Below are positions 1 through 10,390 of a stretch of 64,000 bases of DNA, one piece after another. The first letter of the stretch is position 1. Each line of letters begins with the position of its first letter. Both the position numbers and the translations under genes were made by a program. Origin of the DNA: Gammaproteobacteria bacterium (lineage in GTDB: Bacteria; Pseudomonadota; Gammaproteobacteria; Eutrophobiales; Eutrophobiaceae); contig CBDEUC010000003.1 in NCBI GenBank assembly GCA_965243105.1, forward strand, positions 972,793 to 1,036,792, written 5' to 3'. A model generated the notes under the pieces. The model had not been told where the DNA came from, searched no databases, and saw only the letters and a program-made list of their open reading frames with translations.

Positions 1-428
1 GTCCAGGCCATGCCAAGCTCCGCCTCGACAATGGAAATCACAAGCGGCTTTTCATCCTGCTTTATTTCCTCGGATCCGGAGAGGTAATCCCGCAGGCGTT
101 TACCATAGACCGACGCTCGTGCGACCGGCGATGCTCTCATGGTTTCCGTGTCAACCAGGGCTTTCAGGCTCGTCATACCCGCCTGCAGTGATGACGTCAT
201 GGCGAAGCTGAGCGGAAAGGCCCGGCAAATATGTGCCAGCAGGAAATCCCGTCTCATCTTTGCATCAAGTTCCAGCGCATCGGGACGAATCGTTTCAAAG
301 TCCGCCTGTTCTTCTTCCAGTAACTCGTAAGACGCCAGCGCGCTCACCCCCTCGCTGGTAAACCGGGATCTCAATTCACTATCAAACAGTAAATCAAACA
401 GGGCCCTTTCCTGTTCTACAAAACTCAT
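1..428 (-). CDS. Putative DUF692/MNIO partner protein, running off the window start
   Basis: Absent from the ORF track because it is open at the edge. Manual translation from ATG at 428, which overlaps the DUF692 stop (ATGA): MSFVEQERALFDLLFDSELRSRFTSEGVSALASYELLEEEQADFETIRPDALELDAKMRRDFLL..., with no stop to position 1. Position and the helical N-terminus fit MNIO partner proteins. Confidence 0.65.
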   Translation of the reverse strand, partial: MSFVEQERALFDLLFDSELRSRFTSEGVSALASYELLEEEQADFETIRPDALELDAKMRRDFLLAHICRAFPLSFAMTSSLQAGMTSLKALVDTETMRASPVARASVYGKRLRDYLSGSEEIKQDEKPLVISIVEAELGMAW

Positions 429-1321
429 GCTTGCTGCTCCAGGCAAGCTAACAGCGACTCGCTGGCGCTGTGCTCATGTATGGCTGTCCTGACTTTCTCC
501 AGCGTCGACATCACCCGATTCTCTTCCACGCCCTCGCATTCAAAACACACAGCCCTTAAATTCGGCAGGTGCGGCAACATGCTTGCCAGCATCTTCCAGG
601 TGGGCTCCAGGATCGTGCTTTCATGGGCATCAATGTAGATGGGCCCCTGCTCACCTTTTTTTAACTGCCCGCCGGCAATATGAACTTCGATCACCCTTTC
701 ACAGGGTAACTCGTCGAGATGATCGGAGACCTTTTGCCCGCTTGCCATCTCCCAGGACACAAGGTGACCCATGTCCAGCAGAATGGCAGCGTCCGTGGCC
801 TCGCTCAGCTCTGCAAAAAAAGAAAACAGCGGCATGGTGCCCGCAACAAAACTAAACGGTGGCGGTTCAATGGCAATCGGTACCGGAACCGAGTCCTGCA
901 CTTCCTTAACCCGATCAATCGCCAGTGCCAGCGATGAACGATTAAAAATAGGTGGTATGAAATAACCAAGACTGGTCGAATAACCCGGTCCTTCTTGCCA
1001 GAAACAGTAGGCGCAATCCTGCGCAAACCAGGGCGAGCCCACTTTCTCAACATGCAGGGCCGTCGCCTTCAACCACGAATGACTGTTGGCGTGGGAACCG
1101 CAGAAATTAATGTACGAGGGATGGTAAAGGATCGCGGCGCCAGTCTCCCTGATGCGATCCACTTCATTGATGACCTGGTTCACGTCAACCAACCCGGCAT
1201 ATTCAACAAAACCCGGACCACCGCGCTGGTTCACCAGCTTTACCGGGTCAGGTTGCGAGGAAAGGCTGAGGCTGGCCCCAAGGCCCAGCACCGGCAATGC
1301 ATTAATATCGAGTCCCATCAA
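425..1321 (-). CDS. DUF692-family multinuclear non-heme iron oxidase (MbnB/TglH/ChrH-like), divergent
   Basis: 298 aa with the family motif order GLG...YHP...PWFAQD...PP.F...IAIEP...LLDMGH...EVHIAGG...IDAH...FECE. Confidence 0.8.
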   Translation of the reverse strand: MMGLDINALPVLGLGASLSLSSQPDPVKLVNQRGGPGFVEYAGLVDVNQVINEVDRIRETGAAILYHPSYINFCGSHANSHSWLKATALHVEKVGSPWFAQDCAYCFWQEGPGYSTSLGYFIPPIFNRSSLALAIDRVKEVQDSVPVPIAIEPPPFSFVAGTMPLFSFFAELSEATDAAILLDMGHLVSWEMASGQKVSDHLDELPCERVIEVHIAGGQLKKGEQGPIYIDAHESTILEPTWKMLASMLPHLPNLRAVCFECEGVEENRVMSTLEKVRTAIHEHSASESLLACLEQQA

Positions 1322-1350
1322 TCCAGTGTAATGGGGAATAGTGAAACTGG

Positions 1351-1410
1351 AAAGAGCACATGATCTTGCCAGGCATAGGCAAGATTCGGCTGGTCTTACT
1401 CGTGCTCTTT
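1351..1410 (-). promoter_or_regulatory. Structured leader / candidate cis-regulatory RNA upstream of the DUF692 gene
   Basis: Outer inverted repeat AAAGAGCAC (1351-1359) / GTGCTCTTT (1402-1410) encloses an inner stem ATCTTGCC / GGCAAGAT and an asymmetric internal loop. Confidence 0.45.
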
Positions 1411-1493
1411 TATTCGTAGCCTTTTATACATAGTCTTTTATTTGGGGGCTTTAGGCTCTAAGCTTGGTGTTTTCATTTTTCCCCTTTTATTCA

Positions 1494-4400
1494 ATGACTG
1501 GATCTTCAGGCAACTGGTGCTTCTGGATAGACCGTGGCGGTACCTTTACCGATGTCGTAGCCCAGTCCCCAAAAGGTGAATTGCGCGCCCACAAGTTATT
1601 GTCCGACAATCCGCAGCACTATGATGACGCAGCAATCCAGGGCATGCGGGATATCCTTGGCGTCCAGGACGAAGACGCCCTGCCTTCACATCTCATCAGC
1701 AGTATAAAAATGGGTACCACGGTGGCTACCAATGCACTACTTGAACGCCGCGGCGAGAAAACTGTTTTTGTGACAAGCCGTGGGCTTGCCGATGTACTTC
1801 GCATTGGCTACCAGAATCGCCCCGATCTCTTTGCCCGACACATCGTATTACCTGAAATGCTGTACAGCTCGGTGATTGAAATTGATGAACGAATGGGCGC
1901 GCACGGTGAAGTCGTCAGGCCCCTTGATCTGTCGAGTGCAGGAGAAAAACTGCAGTCAGCCTTTGATGAGGGATACCGCTGTATTGCCATAGCCCTGATG
2001 CACGGCTATCGCTATCCCCGGCATGAGCAGGCGCTGGCACAAGTGGCCACTGACATTGGCTACCAGCAGGTATCCCTGAGTCACAGCACGAGCCCGCTGG
2101 TGAAAATCGTGTCGAGAGCTGACACCACCGTGCTGGATGCCTACCTGTCTCCCATACTTCGGCGCTATATCAACAGGGTGTCCGACTACCCCGGCATCAA
2201 GAAGGAAAATGGCAGCGGGCCGGAACTCCTGTTCATGCAATCAAGCGGCGGGCTGACGGATGCACGCCGATTCCAGGGAAAAGACGCCATTCTCTCCGGG
2301 CCGGCGGGTGGCGTCGTTGGGATGGTGAAAACAGCAGGCATGGCGGGCTACGACAGGCTTATCGGCTTCGACATGGGTGGCACTTCAACTGACGTTACCC
2401 ATTACCACGGTGATTACGAGCGAAGTTTTGAAACCCAGGTTGCAGGAGTGCGTCTTCGTGCGCCCATGATGCACATTCACACGGTCGCGGCAGGTGGAGG
2501 GTCCATCCTCGAGTTTGATGGTTCAAGGTTTCGAGTGGGTCCCGCCTCCGCAGGCGCAGATCCTGGCCCCGCCTGTTACCGCCGCGGAGGTCCCCTCACG
2601 GTGACGGACTGTAATGTCCTGCTTGGGCGAATTCATGCAGACTATTTTCCGCGCGTTTTTGGCAGCACCGGAAACCAGCCGCTTGATCGCGAAGCCACGC
2701 TTGATGGTTTTTTGAAACTACAGCAAAAGATCCTTTCTGAAAGTCAGCGGCAAATTTCACTGGAAGACATCGCAGAGGGCTATCTCAGGATTGCCGTGGA
2801 AAACATGGCCAATGCTATAAAGAAAATATCCGTGCAACGCGGACATGACGTGACTGCCTATACATTAAATTGCTTTGGCGGCGCGGGCGGACAACATGCC
2901 TGTCGTGTCGCCGATGCCCTCGGTATTGAGCGTATCTTCCTGCATCCCCTGGCTGGCGTGCTTTCCGCCTACGGTATGGGCCTTGCAGACATTCGCGTTA
3001 TTCAACAGGCGCAGATGGACATAGCTCTTGATAGTGAATGTGAAACAGCCCTGCGCGAGGTTTGCCAACAGCTTGCAATAAAGGGCAAGGAGGAAGTACT
3101 CGCACAGCAGGTGCATGAAAAGCACATCGAGCACCTTGAGCTTGTGCATATTCGCTATGCCGGCACAGATAACTCCCTGCCCGTGACCCGTGGCGGTTGC
3201 AATGAAATGCAGTCGGAATTTGAATCACTGCACCGCCAGCGTTTTGGCTTTATCGACGAAGCGCGAGAGCTGCTCATTGAGTCAGTCAGCGTAGAGACCA
3301 TCGGTGAGAGCGACACACCGGCTGAAAGTGTTACCGATCAGCCTGCCACGCAACCCGCAAAACCGGGCGACCACGTCAGCATGTGGATCAATAATCAATG
3401 GCAGGACGTGCCGCTCTATGAACGCGACTCCCTGCAACCCGGACACGAGTTGAGCGGCCCCGCCATCGTCGTTGAAAACAATAGTACCCTCGTCATTGAA
3501 CCAGGATGGCAGCTGACCCTGAACCGCTACAGGCACCTGCTGTTACAAAGGATCGAGGAGCGTCCCGCGAGTGAAGCTGTAGGAACAAGCGCGGACCCGG
3601 TCATGCTGGAAGTCTTTAACAATCTTTTTATGTCCATAGCAGAGCAAATGGGGGCGACGCTATCCAACACTGCCTACTCGGTCAATATCAAGGAACGACT
3701 GGACTTCTCCTGCGCGATATTTAGCAGTGAGGGTCGGCTGGTTGCCAACGCACCACACATGCCGGTACACCTTGGCTCCATGGGAGAATCAATAAAGGAG
3801 ATCATACGGCTCAACCGGGACAGCATGTGCCCGGGCAATGTTTACATGCTGAACGATCCCTACCACGGCGGCACACACCTCCCTGATGTTACCGTTATTA
3901 CGCCGGTGTTTGATGACCGCGGCGACGGGATCCTTTTTTATGTCGCCTCGCGCGGTCACCACGCAGACATTGGCGGGCGTACTCCGGGGTCATCTCCCCC
4001 TGGCAGTCAGCATATCGATGAAGAAGGCGTGTTGATTAACAACTTCCTTCTCGTCGAAAAAGGGGTCCTGCGTGAAGCTGAAGCCCTGGATTTATTTCAA
4101 AGCGGACCCTGGCCCTGTCGCAACCCGGAGCAGAACATGGCCGATCTAAAGGCGCAAATCGCCGCCAATGAAACGGGAGTACGGGAAGTTAAGAAGATGC
4201 TGCAACACTTTGGTGTCGACGTGGTGCAGGCATACATGCAGCACGTACAGGATAATGCTGCCGAGTCAGTGCGTCGCGTGCTTGATGTTCTCAGCGACGG
4301 CAGTTTTATCTACCCGATGGATGACGGTGCGGAAATTCATGTGTCGGTACTTGTCGACAGGAACACCCGCAAAGCGGTGATTGACTTTACCGGTACAAGT

Positions 4401-5117
4401 CCTCAAAGCAAGGGTAACTACAACGCACCGCTGGCTGTGTGCAAGGCTGCCGTGCTCTATGTATTTCGCACCCTGGTCGATGACGATATTCCCCTTAACC
4501 AGGGCTGTCTTGAACCCCTGGACATACGCGTCCCCGCGGGCTCAATGCTCAATCCCGAGTGGCCTGCGGCAGTGGTGGCAGGTAACACCGAGGTGTCGCA
4601 GGCCATTGCCGATGCACTTTTTGCCGCGCTCGGTGCCATGGCCTCATCACAGGGCACGATGAACAACCTGCTTTACGGCAACCAGGAGTACCAGAACTAC
4701 GAAACAATATGCGGTGGCACCGGGGCCGGCCCGGACCATCCCGGCTGCGATGCGGTCCACAGTCACATGACAAACACGCGTATGACCGACCCCGAGGTCC
4801 TCGAATGGCGCTTCCCGGTTCGGCTTGAAGAATTTTCTATTCGCCGCGATTCCGGCGGCCGGGGAAAACACACCGGAGGCAATGGCGTGACTCGCAAGCT
4901 TCGCTTCCTCGAGAATATGACCGTCACCATGCTCACCTCTCGTCGTGACACCGACCCCTTTGGTGTCCATGGGGGAGAAAGCGGTGCACGCGGTCGAAAC
5001 TACCTGGTGAAAAAGAATGGTACGGAACTACAGCTGTCCGGGAATGACGAGGCCGAGGTTTCCCCCGGTGACATGATCGTGATCGAAACACCCGGCGGTG
5101 GAGGATTTGGAAAATGA
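1494..5117 (+). CDS. ATP-dependent 5-oxoprolinase, fused hydantoinase A/B type
   Basis: Motifs [75 protein letters not shown] 1494 preferred over the track start at 1464. Confidence 0.92.
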   Translation: MTGSSGNWCFWIDRGGTFTDVVAQSPKGELRAHKLLSDNPQHYDDAAIQGMRDILGVQDEDALPSHLISSIKMGTTVATNALLERRGEKTVFVTSRGLADVLRIGYQNRPDLFARHIVLPEMLYSSVIEIDERMGAHGEVVRPLDLSSAGEKLQSAFDEGYRCIAIALMHGYRYPRHEQALAQVATDIGYQQVSLSHSTSPLVKIVSRADTTVLDAYLSPILRRYINRVSDYPGIKKENGSGPELLFMQSSGGLTDARRFQGKDAILSGPAGGVVGMVKTAGMAGYDRLIGFDMGGTSTDVTHYHGDYERSFETQVAGVRLRAPMMHIHTVAAGGGSILEFDGSRFRVGPASAGADPGPACYRRGGPLTVTDCNVLLGRIHADYFPRVFGSTGNQPLDREATLDGFLKLQQKILSESQRQISLEDIAEGYLRIAVENMANAIKKISVQRGHDVTAYTLNCFGGAGGQHACRVADALGIERIFLHPLAGVLSAYGMGLADIRVIQQAQMDIALDSECETALREVCQQLAIKGKEEVLAQQVHEKHIEHLELVHIRYAGTDNSLPVTRGGCNEMQSEFESLHRQRFGFIDEARELLIESVSVETIGESDTPAESVTDQPATQPAKPGDHVSMWINNQWQDVPLYERDSLQPGHELSGPAIVVENNSTLVIEPGWQLTLNRYRHLLLQRIEERPASEAVGTSADPVMLEVFNNLFMSIAEQMGATLSNTAYSVNIKERLDFSCAIFSSEGRLVANAPHMPVHLGSMGESIKEIIRLNRDSMCPGNVYMLNDPYHGGTHLPDVTVITPVFDDRGDGILFYVASRGHHADIGGRTPGSSPPGSQHIDEEGVLINNFLLVEKGVLREAEALDLFQSGPWPCRNPEQNMADLKAQIAANETGVREVKKMLQHFGVDVVQAYMQHVQDNAAESVRRVLDVLSDGSFIYPMDDGAEIHVSVLVDRNTRKAVIDFTGTSPQSKGNYNAPLAVCKAAVLYVFRTLVDDDIPLNQGCLEPLDIRVPAGSMLNPEWPAAVVAGNTEVSQAIADALFAALGAMASSQGTMNNLLYGNQEYQNYETICGGTGAGPDHPGCDAVHSHMTNTRMTDPEVLEWRFPVRLEEFSIRRDSGGRGKHTGGNGVTRKLRFLENMTVTMLTSRRDTDPFGVHGGESGARGRNYLVKKNGTELQLSGNDEAEVSPGDMIVIETPGGGGFGK

Positions 5118-5575
5118 GTGAACACAGTAGCGACAGGGCCATGCAGTTGCAGCAGGTAATCTACGACACTATTGCGCTGGGTAGTGCCATGCAACTGAAG
5201 GTTAAACAGCTTGATAACAACCTGGCGATACTGGAAGCGCCGGTCAGCGAAGCAAACTTCAATATCCACGACACCGCCTTTGCCGGCAGTATTTACAGCC
5301 TCTCTGCCCTCACCGCCTGGGGCCTGGTACACATGCGACTTCTTGAAGAAGGTCACCGGGCAGACGTGGTTATCGCCAGGGCGGAGATTGCCTACCGGCG
5401 GCCGGTGTACGATAACATCAGGACAAACTGCCAGCTTGATGAGAAAGACTACCAGGATTTTCTTGTAAAGCTACTGGATAAGGGCAAAGCACGTATAGAA
5501 GTGCAGGTAGAGGTAAGGGAAGCTGAAGAGCGCCAGGCACTGCTGGATGCCAATGTCGCGGTAAATTTATCCTGA
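5114..5575 (+). CDS. YiiD C-terminal-like hotdog-fold thioesterase
   Basis: N.NIHDTAFAGSIYSL..L..WG motif; overlaps the oxoprolinase stop (ATGA). Confidence 0.75.
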   Translation: MSEHSSDRAMQLQQVIYDTIALGSAMQLKVKQLDNNLAILEAPVSEANFNIHDTAFAGSIYSLSALTAWGLVHMRLLEEGHRADVVIARAEIAYRRPVYDNIRTNCQLDEKDYQDFLVKLLDKGKARIEVQVEVREAEERQALLDANVAVNLS

Positions 5576-5639
5576 AAGTGAAGACGTATGCGTGTCCACA
5601 ATGCCGTACCAGGCATCAAGCCAGGAGCTAATCTTTAAG

Positions 5640-6476
5640 TTACATTGCGTCTTTAACAATTTTCAATATTGTCACTTCTGGTGGGACCAGGAATCTGACG
5701 GGAATTATGCTTGTGCCAACGCCTGGGCTTACATACAGATGTTTCCCATCTTCAATAATATGTCCTATAGCGTAACGCTCACCAAAATTCGAAGGCACAA
5801 TAGGACGACCAATCACAGGGATATATACTTGTCCTCCGTGTGTATGACCCGCAATTGTCAGTAGCACATTGTTCGGTATTTCAGGAAATACATCAGGGTT
5901 ATGTGTGAATGCGAGCACGCTATCGGACGCACCAACATCCGCCAACGCCTGGTTTATATTGTGGGGACCCTCCCAAAAATCACTAATACCAACAAGTTTG
6001 AGATGACAGTCACCTTTGCTTAAATCCGTTGATCTATCTTCCAGTGCCTCAATTCCATTGCTGGAAAGAGCTTTTTCAACTCGCTTTGAGTCTAACCACC
6101 AATCATGATTACCAAGGACCGCATAAACTCCAAGAGGTGCTTTTAGTTTAGCCAACACAGCGCTTGCCGCTTCAGGTGCGATTAAAGTTCCTCCCACAAC
6201 TCGCTGTGTTACGAAGTCTCCTGGTAAAAGAGTCAGATCAGGTTTAGCTTGATTGACTCTGTTAACAAGGTCTCGAAGACTGTCGAGATCTTTGTAAGGG
6301 GAGCCAACATGTAAATCTGCGAGTACTGCGATCCGCAGAGCGTTACACTGTGATGGCCACCGCGGGACAGTGACAGTTTCCTCTCGGATTCGAAAACTTG
6401 AAGGCTCAAGGTAAAAAGCCCATGACACAAGAATTAATCCCGTTACAAAAAAAACGATAGCAGTTACACGGGCCAT
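5640..6476 (-). CDS. Membrane-anchored metallophosphoesterase (YkuE/YaeI-like)
   Basis: DLH, GDF, GNHD, HNPD and GHTHGGQ motifs after an N-terminal TM helix. ATG 6476 avoids overlap with ilvB. Noticeably more AT-rich than its neighbours. Confidence 0.88.
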   Translation of the reverse strand: MARVTAIVFFVTGLILVSWAFYLEPSSFRIREETVTVPRWPSQCNALRIAVLADLHVGSPYKDLDSLRDLVNRVNQAKPDLTLLPGDFVTQRVVGGTLIAPEAASAVLAKLKAPLGVYAVLGNHDWWLDSKRVEKALSSNGIEALEDRSTDLSKGDCHLKLVGISDFWEGPHNINQALADVGASDSVLAFTHNPDVFPEIPNNVLLTIAGHTHGGQVYIPVIGRPIVPSNFGERYAIGHIIEDGKHLYVSPGVGTSIIPVRFLVPPEVTILKIVKDAM

Positions 6477-6489
6477 TCGATCAGAATTG

Positions 6490-8349
6490 TTAAATATTCG
6501 AACCCTGGTTATCCCTGTCCGTCGCATCCAGTTCTTCATCTCCCATGATGATGTCCCGGTAGCTGGCACCTGCTGGAATCATCGGGTAAACATTCTCATC
6601 CGCATTAACAATGACATCCAGCAGCCAGGGCTCATCGGGATCGGCAAGCATGCGTTCATAGGCTGCGGCTAGTTCTTCCATGTCTGTAACGCGCTCGGCT
6701 TTCACACGATAACCCGCGGCGATGGACAGGAAGTCTGGATAGATGTCGGCCTCAGTACCTGGCTTTACCTGCATCAGTGGATCGGATAAGTCGGAGCACG
6801 CACGATTGCCTTCATAGATCATGTCCTGCCATTGCCTGACCATGCCCAGCCACTGGTTGTTAATGACAACCACCTTGACACCAATGCCGTAACGATGACA
6901 GGTACTGAGTTCATGGATGGTCATGTTCAGGCTGCCATCACCGTCAATGTCGATCACCATGCGATCCTGACAGGCTACCTTGGCCCCAATGGCGGCCGGT
7001 AAACCATAACCCATGGTGCCAAAACCGGAACTGGACAGGAAAGAACGGGAGCACGCACTCTGGTAATGCTGCATGGCCCACATCTGGTGTTGCCCCACCC
7101 CAAGACTGACAATGGCTTCGCCACCTGTCATATCACTCAACAGCGCGATGGCTTTCTGTGGCTTGATCCCCTCACCGCTGCCCAGGGGAAAGGGAAATTC
7201 AGTACGTAAACCCGCAAGGTAATTATTCCAGTCGGCGCAGGATTTTTGTTCGGCACCAGCGATGAGTTGCTGCATGGCAGTTTTTATCTCGGCGCAAATG
7301 GGTAGCGTGACCGTTTTATTCTTGTTTAACTCGTTTCGATCAATATCAATATGAATGATCTTTCCTGACTGGATAAATTCACTGATCTTGCCGGTAACAC
7401 GATCGTCAAAACGCACACCCAGTGCCAGCACGAGATCGGCCTCGTTGATTGCAACATTGGCATACTTGCTACCGTGCATGCCAAGCGTGTGCAGCGAAAG
7501 TTCATGCCCCGGCGGAAATGCGCCCACGGCCATGACTGTCACGGCAACGGGACAATGCAATTTTTCCGCCAGCGCAAGCAGTGCCTCTTCAGCCCCGGCG
7601 CTGACAATGCCACCACCTGCATAAATAAGTGGGCGCTGCGCTTCCTTAACAAGCCTGAGACATTCATCCAGCTGGTTCTCCGTGAGACCTGCAATTTTTT
7701 CTTCCGGGTGTTCAATCACCGCCGGCATACGCGGCGGTGCATAGTTACCGTCCGGGTCTCTCGGGTAATGCTGCTGGATATCCTTGGGGATATCGATCAG
7801 CACCGGGCCGGGCCGATTACCGCCGGCAAGGGTGAATGCCTCTTTTACCACCTCCGGTATGTCCCCGACTTTCTCCACGAGGTAATTTTTCTTGGTAATG
7901 GGCTTCGTGATGCTGACGATGTCCACTTCCTGGAAAGCGTTCTTTCCCAGCAGGTGTGACGGCACGTTCCCGGTAATCGCCACGATTCCCGTGGAATCGC
8001 TGTTGGCATCCGCTATGCCGGTGACAAGGTTTGTAGCGCCCGGACCTGAGGTGGCGAGACAGACACCCACCTTGCCACTGGCGCGGGCGTAGCCCTGTGC
8101 CGCGTGCGCGGCGCCCTGCTCGTGCTCTACCCGTACACAATCAATACCGGATTCCGCGAGAACATCGAAGATCTCCAGGTTGGCACCGCCGGGGTAGCCA
8201 AAAATCACGTCCACGCCTTCCAGCTTCAGGCACCTGGCCAGTATCTGAGCGCCTTTCAGCGCACTGTCTCGCTGCTCAGGGCGAATGTCTGCAAGGCTGC
8301 CGCCACTGATACTGGGCAGGTCCTGGTAGGTAATGTTGTCAGCGGACAA
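6490..8349 (-). CDS. ilvB: Acetolactate synthase, large subunit (biosynthetic type)
   Basis: FGYPGGA, HEQGAAHAA.GYARASG, TSGPGATN, LGMHG, RFDDRVTG, GDGS...NN ThDP motif, GMVRQWQ. Confidence 0.93.
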   Translation of the reverse strand: MSADNITYQDLPSISGGSLADIRPEQRDSALKGAQILARCLKLEGVDVIFGYPGGANLEIFDVLAESGIDCVRVEHEQGAAHAAQGYARASGKVGVCLATSGPGATNLVTGIADANSDSTGIVAITGNVPSHLLGKNAFQEVDIVSITKPITKKNYLVEKVGDIPEVVKEAFTLAGGNRPGPVLIDIPKDIQQHYPRDPDGNYAPPRMPAVIEHPEEKIAGLTENQLDECLRLVKEAQRPLIYAGGGIVSAGAEEALLALAEKLHCPVAVTVMAVGAFPPGHELSLHTLGMHGSKYANVAINEADLVLALGVRFDDRVTGKISEFIQSGKIIHIDIDRNELNKNKTVTLPICAEIKTAMQQLIAGAEQKSCADWNNYLAGLRTEFPFPLGSGEGIKPQKAIALLSDMTGGEAIVSLGVGQHQMWAMQHYQSACSRSFLSSSGFGTMGYGLPAAIGAKVACQDRMVIDIDGDGSLNMTIHELSTCHRYGIGVKVVVINNQWLGMVRQWQDMIYEGNRACSDLSDPLMQVKPGTEADIYPDFLSIAAGYRVKAERVTDMEELAAAYERMLADPDEPWLLDVIVNADENVYPMIPAGASYRDIIMGDEELDATDRDNQGSNI

Positions 8350-8466
8350 TTCGATTCTCCGTTTTCACCGATGATTCCTGTTTTTACAAGGGCCTATATA
8401 TAAGTAATGAAAAATAGATTAAATATCCACGATATTTAACTGATCAAACGGGAAAATTTAATCCTA

Positions 8467-8495
8467 CTGTCATATTGGCTTTCATATTTTGTCAC
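8467..8495 (+). promoter_or_regulatory. Pho box-like direct repeats (PhoB)
   Basis: CTGTCAT (8467), CTTTCAT (8479) and TTGTCAC (8489). The outer half-sites are 22 bp apart, about 30 bp upstream of the plcP-like gene. Confidence 0.65.
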
Positions 8496-8525
8496 ATTTC
8501 GAGCCCATACTTGCCACTCAATTCT

Positions 8526-9335
8526 ATGATGACCCCAACTTCAAACGTGAGACACATCAGTCCGAAACACTTTCGGGCAATCTTTATCTCGGATGTGCAC
8601 CTTGGTTTCAGTGGCTGCAGCGCTGAATTTCTTCTCGACTTTCTTCGCTCGACCACCTGCGATTACCTCTACCTCGTCGGTGACATTATCGATGTGTGGC
8701 AGGTGAAAAAGAAGCTTTACTGGCCACAGGCACATAATGACGTGATTCGTACCATTCTTGGCAAGGCAAAGCACGGTACAAAAATAGTGTATGTGCCGGG
8801 CAATCATGACGAGATATTCCGCGCCTATTCCGCCATGCAGCTGGGCAACCTGGAAATACAGGTAAAGGCAATCCATACCACCAAGACAGGTAAACGTTTT
8901 CTTATCATGCACGGCGATGAATTTGATGCTGTCGTATGCAGCTCAAAAGCGGTAGCCCTGCTCGGCAGCAGTCTTTACGCCTTCCTGCTTAGCCTGAATG
9001 GTGTGGTCAACCTGTACCGCCGCTGGAGGGGTATTCCTTACTGGTCATTGGCCAAGGCACTCAAGCACCAGGTCAAGCACGCGGTGAACTTCATTAGCAA
9101 CTTTGAAACCGCACTGGCCATTGCTGCGGAGAAGCATGAAGTTGATGGTCTTGTATCGGGACATATACACAACGCCGAGATCACAAGGATAAACAATATT
9201 ATTTACTGCAATTGCGGTGACTGGGTTGAAAGTTGTACCGCGCTTGTTGAAACCAATGATGGTCACCTGGAATTACTACACTGGACCGATGAACAGTCCT
9301 CGCTCAAAACCCTTGACCTTGAAGAAGTAGCTTAA
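8526..9335 (+). CDS. LpxH-like metallophosphoesterase, probable PlcP phospholipase C for phosphate-starvation lipid remodelling
   Basis: ISDVHLG, LVGDIID, PGNHDE, HGDEFD, GHIH, N.GDWVESCTALVE motifs; paired with a GT4 gene and a Pho box. Confidence 0.8.
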   Translation: MMTPTSNVRHISPKHFRAIFISDVHLGFSGCSAEFLLDFLRSTTCDYLYLVGDIIDVWQVKKKLYWPQAHNDVIRTILGKAKHGTKIVYVPGNHDEIFRAYSAMQLGNLEIQVKAIHTTKTGKRFLIMHGDEFDAVVCSSKAVALLGSSLYAFLLSLNGVVNLYRRWRGIPYWSLAKALKHQVKHAVNFISNFETALAIAAEKHEVDGLVSGHIHNAEITRINNIIYCNCGDWVESCTALVETNDGHLELLHWTDEQSSLKTLDLEEVA

Positions 9336-9336
9336 G

Positions 9337-10377
9337 ATGAAAATAGTACTCGCCACGGATGCCTGGGCACCGCAAGTTAATGGTGTCGTTCGCACCTATC
9401 AGAACGTTTGTAAATACCTTGAAAGCATTGGCAACGATGTCGAAGTTATCCATCCAGACCTGTTTCGCACGGTGCCCTTACCGACTTACCCGGATATCAG
9501 GCTGGCAGTATTTCCCGGCCAGAAAGTGGCCGAGATAATCGAGAGCAGCTACGCTGATGCACTGCATATCGCCACCGAGGGGCCAATTGGTTTTGCAGCT
9601 CGAAGCTATTGCCTGAAACACGGCCTGCCCTTTACTACCTCTTTTCACACGCGCTTTCCGGAATACATCAGGTTGCGTGCGCCGGTACCGCTGGCCCTGT
9701 CCTATGCCATGGTGCGTCGTTTTCATGAACCGGCAGTACGAACACTCTCACCCACCGACTCACAGAGTCGTGCCCTGAAAGAGCGTGGCTTTAAAAATGT
9801 TGAGACCTGGTGCCGTGGTGTGGACACCACGATTTTCAAACCATGGGGCAAAAACCTTTTTGATTTACCACGCCCCATATTCGCCTACATGGGACGTGTC
9901 GCGGTTGAAAAAAATATAGAGTCTTTCCTTAAACTGGATTTACCCGGCAGCAAGGTTGTTATTGGGGATGGTCCCGATCTTGGAAAGCTGCAAAAGCGCT
10001 ATGACGACGTGCACTTTACCGGTATGAAGCATGGCAGGGAACTCGCCGAGAATGTCTCCTCAGCGGATGTCTTCGTGTTTCCAAGCCTGACTGACACCTA
10101 TGGTGTTGTCATGCTGGAAGCCATGGCCTGTGGTTTGCCTGTCGCTGCCTTCCCCGTGCAGGGACCGATCGACGTTGTGAAAAACGGCGTGACCGGTGTG
10201 CTGGATAATGATCTTGGAAAAGCAGCTATCGCCGCCTGCAAGTTGAACTCCGAGGACTGTATTGATTTCGCTTCAAAGCGTACCTGGCGTGAAACAGCAC
10301 AGACCTTTGTCAGGCACCTGCAGCCACTGCACAACGAAAGGATCTATGCCGGTCACCGCTTTTCAGTAGAGTGCTAA
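9337..10377 (+). CDS. GT4 glycosyltransferase, Agt-like glycolipid synthase
   Basis: TDAW.PQVNGVVRT, HIATEGP.G, HTRFPEY, GRVAVEKN, FPSLTDTYG.VMLEAMACG motifs. Confidence 0.85.
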   Translation: MKIVLATDAWAPQVNGVVRTYQNVCKYLESIGNDVEVIHPDLFRTVPLPTYPDIRLAVFPGQKVAEIIESSYADALHIATEGPIGFAARSYCLKHGLPFTTSFHTRFPEYIRLRAPVPLALSYAMVRRFHEPAVRTLSPTDSQSRALKERGFKNVETWCRGVDTTIFKPWGKNLFDLPRPIFAYMGRVAVEKNIESFLKLDLPGSKVVIGDGPDLGKLQKRYDDVHFTGMKHGRELAENVSSADVFVFPSLTDTYGVVMLEAMACGLPVAAFPVQGPIDVVKNGVTGVLDNDLGKAAIAACKLNSEDCIDFASKRTWRETAQTFVRHLQPLHNERIYAGHRFSVEC

Positions 10378-10390
10378 GGCACTAAAGCTA

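Noticed and set aside
1439-1477. Tiny minus-strand ORF MKTPSLEPKAPK with an AGGGG RBS, as a possible MNIO precursor
   Set aside because: Only 12 aa, with no Cys and no leader/core structure; it lies in a divergent promoter region and is likely chance.
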